Positions 36,037 to 42,624 of a stretch of DNA of 42,624 nt are shown in pieces. Position numbers and translations under genes: made by a program. Each line of letters starts with the position of its first letter. The first letter of the stretch is position 1. The stretch comes from a virus. Below the pieces are notes generated by a model. It did not search any database and was not told the origin of the DNA. It saw nothing but the letters and a program-made list of their open reading frames with translations. The stretch lies in UHGV virus genome UHGV-0204464, one strand, 5' to 3'.

Positions 36037-38235
36037 ATGGCAGAAAAAAAGATGACTGACTGGCATCGCAAGGTGCTGTGCAACTTTGATAATGCCTGGT
36101 CAGCAACGCAGGATATGCGTGAGCAGATTATTGAGGCTCAACGTTTCGTCCGGGTGTCCGGCGCACAGTGGGAAGGCAGCACAAACGCTGGTTACTCATT
36201 TGATGAAGGCAGGTTTGAGCATTACCCGCGCTTTGAACTGAATAAGATTGCCCGTGAATGTGATCGCATCATTGGCGAGTATCGACAGAATCGCATCAGC
36301 GTTAAATTCAGGCCGAAGGACGATAAGGCATCGGAAGCGTTAGCCGAAAAGATGAACGGAAAATTCCGCGCTGACTATCAGGAAACATCCGGTGGCGAAG
36401 CGTGTGATAACGCATTTGATGATGCTGTAACGGGCGGATTCGGTTGTTTCCGCATGTGTGCCGATTACGAAGATGAAATGGATCCGAGTAACGAGCAACG
36501 CCGTATAAGCCTTCTCCCGGTTTACGACCCAGCGACATGCGTCTTCTTCGATCAGGACAGCAAGCAATATGACCGCTCTGATGCTATGTGGGCTATGGAA
36601 ATGTTCTCCATGACGCCTAAAGCGTTCGAGGCTGAATACCCTGATTCCATCGCGGCAAGTCTTTCTCGTGATGACACTGGCACTCAATATGACTGGTCAA
36701 CTCCTGATGCTATCTATGTTGGTCGCTACTACGAAGTTCGCATAGAGAAGGTGAAGCTCACAGCATGGCGTAACCCTGTTAGCGGAGAAACGGCAATCTA
36801 TGATGAAGAGCAAATCAAAGATATTGTTGACGAGCTGACCGATGGCGCATTCGAACTGATTGGCGAGCGGACAGTGAAGAAACGCCGCGTTTATTGCGGC
36901 CTTCTGTCTGGCGCTGAATGGCTGGAAGAACCGAAGCGTATTCCGGGCGAACATATTCCTCTCATCCCGGTATATGGGCGTCGTTCATTTGTTGATAATC
37001 AGGAGCGAATCGAAGGCCACGCAGCAAAAGCGATGGATGCACAGCGTCTTGAGAACCTGATGGTTTCCATGATTGCAGATAACGCCACTCAGGCTGGCGG
37101 CGATGGCATTCCTGTAGTTGATGTTGACATGATTCCTGGCCCTCTCGCCACTCATTGGGCGGAGCGCAACAAAAAGCGCCCGGCGTTCCTGCCGATGGTC
37201 AGTCTGAAAAACAAAAATGGAGATATTACTGCGCAGGCTCAGGTCAGCAGTTATACACCTCCAACACAAATGCCTCCTGCTCTTGCCGGGCTATTACAGT
37301 ACACCGGAACGGCTATTCAGCAAATTACAGGTGCGTCGCAGCTTGAGAACATGCCGAGCAACGTCGCCACCGATACCGTTGATAGCATCTTTAACCGGAT
37401 GGACACGCAGTCCTATATCTACATGGACAACATGGCTAAATCCATGCGTCGCGCTGGCGTTGTGTGGCTTTCTATGGCGCGTGAGGTCTATGGAAGTGAT
37501 ACGCCGATGCGTATCGTTAATGAGGACGGCAGCGATGACGTGGCGCTGATGACTGGTGAAGTGGTTGACCGTCAGACAGGGCAGGTTATCGCTCTTAACG
37601 ACCTTTCGCAGGGTAACTATGAAGTGACTGTCGATGTTGGTCAGTCGTTTGCTACTCGCCGTGATGCAACGGTTAAGTCGTTACTTTCCATGCTGGCACT
37701 TATCCCACCAGGAACGCAGAAGCACGACCTTGTATCGTCGATGATTCTCGACAATATGGACGGCGAAGGGATGGACGACCTTAAAGAATACAACCGCAAT
37801 CAGTTGCTTCTGTCTGGCGTTATCAAGCCGAGAACGCCTGAAGAACAGCAGATGGTTGAACAAGCGAAACAACAACAGGCCAGTCAGCCAGATCCGGCTA
37901 TGGTTGCTGCGCAAGGTCAGCTTCTTGCTGGTCAGGCTGAATTGCAGAAAGCGCAGAACGAACAAGCAGCCATTCAGGTTAAAGCATTCCAGGCACAGAC
38001 GGATGCTCAGGTTGCTGCGGCAAATGTTGTGAAAATCCTCGCATCTGCCGATAGCCAGCAAAAATCTGATATCCGTGAGGCGCTGAAACTGCTCGGACAG
38101 TTCCAGCAACAGCAAGGAGACAATGCCCGTGCTGATGCAGAGCTTGTCCTGAAAAGTCAGGCACAGGGCCATGCACAACGAATGGACATCAGCAGCATCC
38201 TGCAAAAATCAACCCAGCAACAACCACAGCAGTAA
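36037..38235 (+). CDS. Portal protein (P22 gp1-like)
   Basis: 732 aa with Gln-rich C-terminal coiled-coil barrel-like tail; position after large terminase. Confidence 0.85.
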   Translation: MAEKKMTDWHRKVLCNFDNAWSATQDMREQIIEAQRFVRVSGAQWEGSTNAGYSFDEGRFEHYPRFELNKIARECDRIIGEYRQNRISVKFRPKDDKASEALAEKMNGKFRADYQETSGGEACDNAFDDAVTGGFGCFRMCADYEDEMDPSNEQRRISLLPVYDPATCVFFDQDSKQYDRSDAMWAMEMFSMTPKAFEAEYPDSIAASLSRDDTGTQYDWSTPDAIYVGRYYEVRIEKVKLTAWRNPVSGETAIYDEEQIKDIVDELTDGAFELIGERTVKKRRVYCGLLSGAEWLEEPKRIPGEHIPLIPVYGRRSFVDNQERIEGHAAKAMDAQRLENLMVSMIADNATQAGGDGIPVVDVDMIPGPLATHWAERNKKRPAFLPMVSLKNKNGDITAQAQVSSYTPPTQMPPALAGLLQYTGTAIQQITGASQLENMPSNVATDTVDSIFNRMDTQSYIYMDNMAKSMRRAGVVWLSMAREVYGSDTPMRIVNEDGSDDVALMTGEVVDRQTGQVIALNDLSQGNYEVTVDVGQSFATRRDATVKSLLSMLALIPPGTQKHDLVSSMILDNMDGEGMDDLKEYNRNQLLLSGVIKPRTPEEQQMVEQAKQQQASQPDPAMVAAQGQLLAGQAELQKAQNEQAAIQVKAFQAQTDAQVAAANVVKILASADSQQKSDIREALKLLGQFQQQQGDNARADAELVLKSQAQGHAQRMDISSILQKSTQQQPQQ

Positions 38236-38325
38236 TTAACCAATAACGTGCAATGGCTGTCTTTATGAGGCCTGGCACCCTATTGCCTTCCGATGGGCTG
38301 AACATCGAGTAAACAGGGGTAACAA

Positions 38326-39219
38326 ATGGACCAGATGGCAGAAAACACACCAGAAGTTGAAATCGAAACCGACGCGTCAGAGCAGATTCCTGATGATGTC
38401 GAACTGGCTGAAGAAGTCGAAACAGAAGATGGCAGTGAGTCCTCCGGCAATGATGCAGAGGAAGCTACTGAAACTGATGACGACGAATCAGAACAGGAAT
38501 TCTACTTTGGTGACGAAAAGCTGGATTCGCCAACCAGCGAAGATGGCGCTGAGCATGGACTGGTAAAACACCTGCGCAAGACGATTAAAGAGAAAGACCG
38601 CGAGCTGAAAGAGCTGATGCGTCAGTCCCAGAAAACCGTCGAGCAGCAGCCGGTAATCACTCAACCACCGCGAATGCCAAAACTGGATGATGAGGACATC
38701 GGTTTCGATGAAGAAATCTACCAGCAACGCATGGCTAAGTGGGCAGAGGATAACGGCAAATACCAGGAGCAAGTACGAGAGCGGAAACGAGAGGAAGAGG
38801 CGCGTACCGCAACGCTTCAGCAGAAAGCAGCCAATTACATGCATAGAGTAAAAGCACTGAAAGTGGCTGGTTACCAGGATGCAGAGCAGGCTGTACGCGA
38901 AGATGTTCCTGTTCACATTCAGGACATGATCCTTCTTGAGTCAGAGAAGCCGGAAATCGTTGTTCTGGCACTCGGTCGCAACGCTGAACTGCGCAAGCAA
39001 CTGGCAGAAGCTACCAACCCCGTAGCAATTGGTCGTCTGCTGGAACGTATCGAATCGAAGGCCAGAATCATGCCAAAAGCAAAAACCACGGCAGCCACAA
39101 CCCCGACAGTTAAGGGGAGCAACGGCGCAGTAATCAATAACCTCGACAAACTGAAAGCCAAAGCGCTGGAAACTGGTGACTGGACGCCGTATTTCGCCGC
39201 TAAAAGGCAAAAAAAATAA
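38326..39219 (+). CDS. Scaffolding protein
   Basis: 297 aa, highly acidic N-terminus and charged helical body; between portal and coat. Confidence 0.7.
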   Translation: MDQMAENTPEVEIETDASEQIPDDVELAEEVETEDGSESSGNDAEEATETDDDESEQEFYFGDEKLDSPTSEDGAEHGLVKHLRKTIKEKDRELKELMRQSQKTVEQQPVITQPPRMPKLDDEDIGFDEEIYQQRMAKWAEDNGKYQEQVRERKREEEARTATLQQKAANYMHRVKALKVAGYQDAEQAVREDVPVHIQDMILLESEKPEIVVLALGRNAELRKQLAEATNPVAIGRLLERIESKARIMPKAKTTAATTPTVKGSNGAVINNLDKLKAKALETGDWTPYFAAKRQKK

Positions 39220-39237
39220 CCTATCGGAGCATTAAGC

Positions 39238-40503
39238 ATGGCTAACCAATTAGTAAAAGACCTTGAAATCATGTTCGAAAACTACGTTGAAGGCTTTGAG
39301 GCCGCCTGCGTAGTTTCCCGTAACGCTAAAAAATTCCGTCCCGGTGATACAGCAATGCAGCGAGCAGGTGATGTTCTGTATCGTCCGCAGCATTACCACA
39401 TGAACATTGAGGAGGGCTTGGACCTCAGCGAAAAAACATCAACAGCACTGGTTCAGCGCCTTGTTCCTTCTGTGTTCAAGGAGCCGAAAAACATTCTGTA
39501 CACTCTGGATGCGCGTGAAATGCGTGACCCTGAACATAAAACTGAAGCTGGTCGAGCCGCAGGTATGCGCCTTGCTGCACAGATTGACTCTGACCTGATT
39601 TCCATGGTCACGCAGCGTGCTACTAACGTGGTCGCAGTTCCTGACTCAGCAACTGGCTCGCGTGGCCTTGCCTTGTGGAATGGTGCGGCAGATATTGATG
39701 CCACCATGACGGCGATTGGTGTGCCGCAGGGTATCAACCGTCGCTCTTTCTGGAACCCCTTCAACTACAAAGACCTTGCTGGCGAGCTTGGTCACCGTGC
39801 CTACGCTCAGGGCGCAACCATGACAGCATACGAAAAAGCGCAAATCCCTCCGGTTGCTTCCTTCGATAGCTACAAGACCGATATTTCCGGTCGTGTTCCG
39901 GAGGGTAAGACTGTAGAAAATGGCATTAAGCTGACTGAAGAACCTAAGCACAAGGTTGAAGCGAAAGATGTTAATGGTATGCCTGTTGATAACCGACAGG
40001 GGACAATTAAGGTATCTGCTGCGGGTTTGCAGGTTGGCGATGCGTTTACCATCGCAGGTGTGAATTCCGTACACCAGATCACCAAAGATACCACCGGGCA
40101 ACCGCAGGTATTCCGCGTTCTGGCAGTAGACACAGCAGGAACCACCGTAACAATCTCTCCGAAAATTCTGCCGCCTAACAACACGGATACCGCCAGCCGT
40201 CCATATGCAAACGTTGATGCTAATGCGGCAAATAATGCAGTAATCACCATTCTCAACAAAAAAGCCGCACCGGCTAACCTGTTCTGGGCTGATGGTTCTG
40301 TTGAGCTGATGTACGGCAAACTGGCGTTCCCGACTGGTCAGGGTCCACAGGTAATGACTGCAACCACCGAGCAGGGCGCTACGCTGATCATGTCTTACGC
40401 CTTCGACCACATCAAAGGCGTAACCACTGCGCGTTTCACCACTCTGTACGGTTGCTCTGTACTTGTTCCTGAATATACGGGCATCGTTATTGCCGGGCAG
40501 TAA
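39238..40503 (+). CDS. Major coat protein (P22 gp5-like)
   Basis: 421 aa; position and size; strong RBS region. Confidence 0.8.
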   Translation: MANQLVKDLEIMFENYVEGFEAACVVSRNAKKFRPGDTAMQRAGDVLYRPQHYHMNIEEGLDLSEKTSTALVQRLVPSVFKEPKNILYTLDAREMRDPEHKTEAGRAAGMRLAAQIDSDLISMVTQRATNVVAVPDSATGSRGLALWNGAADIDATMTAIGVPQGINRRSFWNPFNYKDLAGELGHRAYAQGATMTAYEKAQIPPVASFDSYKTDISGRVPEGKTVENGIKLTEEPKHKVEAKDVNGMPVDNRQGTIKVSAAGLQVGDAFTIAGVNSVHQITKDTTGQPQVFRVLAVDTAGTTVTISPKILPPNNTDTASRPYANVDANAANNAVITILNKKAAPANLFWADGSVELMYGKLAFPTGQGPQVMTATTEQGATLIMSYAFDHIKGVTTARFTTLYGCSVLVPEYTGIVIAGQ

Positions 40504-40510
40504 TTTTATT

Positions 40511-40531
40511 GGGGCTTCGGCCCCATTTTTA
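40511..40531 (+). terminator. Hairpin terminator/attenuator after coat gene
   Basis: GGGGCTTCGGCCCC perfect hairpin followed by ATTTTTA. Confidence 0.5.
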
Positions 40532-40544
40532 TTGGGAGAAGACA

Positions 40545-40733
40545 ATGGCACGAACAATGCTCTATAAGCCTGGCAACATGATCACCTGTGGTCAGTTTGC
40601 TGTCGATTACATCATCGTTGATGACGAAGAAGTTAAATCTCACCTGAAAAAAGGCTGGGTAAAAACTCCTGAAGAAACCGCAACGAAGCAAAAAGTGGCT
40701 AAGGCGGAAGAAGATGGCGAAAACGAAGGGTGA
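40545..40733 (+). CDS. Hypothetical small protein
   Basis: 62 aa from ATG with GGAGA RBS; overlaps start of next gene. Confidence 0.4.
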   Translation: MARTMLYKPGNMITCGQFAVDYIIVDDEEVKSHLKKGWVKTPEETATKQKVAKAEEDGENEG

Positions 40734-41175
40734 TCTCGTTCTAAAGGCTTTACGAAAAGCCGGGCTGTATTCCAATGCCACGTTGACAGATGCTGACCCT
40801 CAGGCAATTGAAGATGCCATTAATGACCTCGAAGACATGATGGCAGCATGGCAGGCTAAAGGTATCGAGCTTGGATATCAGTTTGCTGATACAGAAAACG
40901 GCATCATGCCGTTACCTGACGATGATTCAGGTATCCCTGCATGGGCAAATGATGGCGTCGCTTTGAAACTCGCTGTGCAAGTGTGCATGGATAACGTCAT
41001 TCAGCCGTCAGACGCTCTCCTTACCGCTGCTGACAGTGCATATCAAACAATCTGTATCGCTTTAACCAAAATACCACCACTTGAGCGACGAAATGACATG
41101 CCTCGCGGGGCGGGGTTAAAAAGCGCGTTTACGTGGAATCGGTTTTACATCGAGAAAGATGATCCGAGTACGTGA
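40714..41175 (+). CDS. Head-to-tail adaptor, P22 gp4-like
   Basis: 153-aa ORF in the gp4 position. Confidence 0.55.
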   Translation: MAKTKGDLVLKALRKAGLYSNATLTDADPQAIEDAINDLEDMMAAWQAKGIELGYQFADTENGIMPLPDDDSGIPAWANDGVALKLAVQVCMDNVIQPSDALLTAADSAYQTICIALTKIPPLERRNDMPRGAGLKSAFTWNRFYIEKDDPST

Positions 41176-41184
41176 GGTGAATAA

Positions 41185-42603
41185 ATGCCGATTCAGCAAC
41201 TTCCGCTTATGAAAGGTGTCGGCAAAGACTTTCGAAACGCCGACTATATCGACTATCTGCCAGTGAATATGCTGGCTACGCCCAAAGAAATACTCAACAG
41301 CAGCGGATATCTTCGCTCATTCCCGGGCATTGCCAAACGTTCTGATGTGAACGGCGTATCGCGGGGCGTCGAGTACAACATGGCGCAGAATGCTGTTTAT
41401 CGCGTATGTGGTGGTAAGCTGTACAAAGGAGAAAGTGAAGTCGGTGACGTCGCCGGAAGTGGTCGCGTATCAATGGCGCATGGTCGAACATCACAGGCGG
41501 TAGGCGTTAATGGTCAACTGGTCGAATACCGCTATGATGGCACGGTTAAAACCGTCTCAAACTGGCCTACAGACAGCGGATTCACGCAGTATGAGTTAGG
41601 CTCAGTCCGCGACATTACGCGCTTGCGTGGGCGTTATGCGTGGTCAAAAGACGGCACTGATTCATGGTTTATCACTGACCCTGAAGACGAATCGCATCCT
41701 GACCGTTACAGCGCACAATATCGCGCAGAATCTCAGCCGGACGGCATCATCGGCATCGGAACATGGCGAGACTTCATCGTCTGCTTTGGCTCATCGACGA
41801 TTGAATATTTCTCCCTGACGGGCGCAACCACTGTTGGTGCCGCTTTGTATGTCGCCCAGCCATCGTTGATGGTGCAAAAAGGAATCGCCGGAACCTACTG
41901 CAAAACGCCGTTTGCTGATTCGTATGCGTTCATCAGCAATCCGGCAACAGGTGCGCCGTCTGTGTACATCATCGGCTCCGGTCAGGTGTCACCAATCGCC
42001 AGCGCGAGCATTGAGAAAATCCTCCGCTCCTACACTGCTGATGAACTGGCTGATGGCGTGATGGAGTCTCTGCGCTTTGATGCTCATGAGTTGCTGATTA
42101 TCCACCTTCCGCGCCATGTTCTCGTGTACGACGCATCTTCAAGCGCCAATGGTCCGCAATGGTGTGTGCTGAAAACAGGCTTGTATGACGATGTGTACCG
42201 CGCTATCGACTTCATTTACGAAGGCAATCAGATAACGTGCGGAGATAAGCTGGAATCGGTTATCGGCAAATTGCAGTTCGATATCAGCAGCCAGTATGGG
42301 CTACAGCAAGAACATATTTTATTTTCACCATTAATAAAGGCAGATAATGTCATTATTAATGACCTTGAATTAGAAACATCAGGCGGCGTGTGTGATAGAA
42401 TAGATAAAATATTTATATCAGCAACAACAGATGGAATAAATTACGGCAGGGAACAAATGGTCGTATTGCAATCTCCATTTGTATATGACAATCGAGTCTT
42501 ATGGCGCAGGATTGGAAGAGTTAGACGTCTCATCGGTTTTAAATTCAGAGTTATTGCAAAAGGCCCGGTTACATTATCCGGACTGTCTATTCGTACAACA
42601 TAA
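41185..42603 (+). CDS. Head completion / tail hub protein, P22 gp10-like
   Basis: 472 aa (same length as P22 gp10); synteny; 3' ~300 nt compositionally distinct (AT-rich). Confidence 0.65.
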   Translation: MPIQQLPLMKGVGKDFRNADYIDYLPVNMLATPKEILNSSGYLRSFPGIAKRSDVNGVSRGVEYNMAQNAVYRVCGGKLYKGESEVGDVAGSGRVSMAHGRTSQAVGVNGQLVEYRYDGTVKTVSNWPTDSGFTQYELGSVRDITRLRGRYAWSKDGTDSWFITDPEDESHPDRYSAQYRAESQPDGIIGIGTWRDFIVCFGSSTIEYFSLTGATTVGAALYVAQPSLMVQKGIAGTYCKTPFADSYAFISNPATGAPSVYIIGSGQVSPIASASIEKILRSYTADELADGVMESLRFDAHELLIIHLPRHVLVYDASSSANGPQWCVLKTGLYDDVYRAIDFIYEGNQITCGDKLESVIGKLQFDISSQYGLQQEHILFSPLIKADNVIINDLELETSGGVCDRIDKIFISATTDGINYGREQMVVLQSPFVYDNRVLWRRIGRVRRLIGFKFRVIAKGPVTLSGLSIRTT

Positions 42604-42624
42604 ATCGAAACTTAAGGAGTAGAT

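Noticed and set aside
37681-38205. 174-aa minus-strand ORF inside the portal gene
   Set aside because: Antisense to the portal gene C-terminal Gln-rich region; Leu-rich translation typical of antisense to CAG/CAA-rich DNA
39646-40557. 303-aa minus-strand ORF covering most of the coat gene
   Set aside because: Antisense to the major coat gene; long antisense frames are common in highly expressed GC-balanced genes; no start signals
1-42624. CRISPR arrays, tRNA or rRNA genes
   Set aside because: No regularly spaced direct repeats with unique spacers and no tRNA-like T-arm motif (GGTTCGAATCC type) were seen on visual scan; a dedicated tRNA scan was not possible

Overview
The window reads as a complete, circularly permuted genome of a mosaic temperate lambdoid phage of Enterobacteriaceae (42.6 kb); the 3' end carries the RBS for the ORF that starts at base 1. 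All calls come from reading the ORF translations and DNA by eye and from remembered lambda, P22 and phage 21 proteins; no searches were run. Layout: (i) P22-like virion module on the + strand: small and large terminase, portal, scaffold, coat, gp4/gp10-like head completion, an inserted HNH homing endonuclease, tail needle, gp14/7/20/16-like ejection proteins; (ii) an AT-rich accessory island between the gp16-like gene and a P22-type immI region (mnt, Omnt/Oarc, arc, ant), including a ClpP-like peptidase translationally coupled to mnt; (iii) a chimeric tailspike with a P22-type head-binding N-terminus fused to a sialidase/endosialidase-like domain, predicting K1 polysialic-acid capsule specificity; (iv) lambda-type sib, attP, int and xis; (v) a minus-strand early-left operon of small accessory genes with a Sak4-like ATPase plus SSB-like partner in the recombination slot, then kil/cIII/ea10/ral-like genes, sieB and an N-like antiterminator with nutL; (vi) the immunity region cI, cro, cII with nutR, and a two-gene cassette of unknown function co-transcribed with cI in the rexAB position, which is the best candidate for an undescribed lysogen-expressed defence system; (vii) lambda O (with ori iterons), P, ren, ninB, an orphan Dam-like methyltransferase, ninE, ninF, YbcO-like, rusA and a Q-position antiterminator with PR'/tR'; (viii) a phage-21-type lysis cassette (pinholin, SAR endolysin, Rz with embedded Rz1) and a moron region with two antisense small genes just before the terminase. 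No rRNA, tRNA or CRISPR array was seen.
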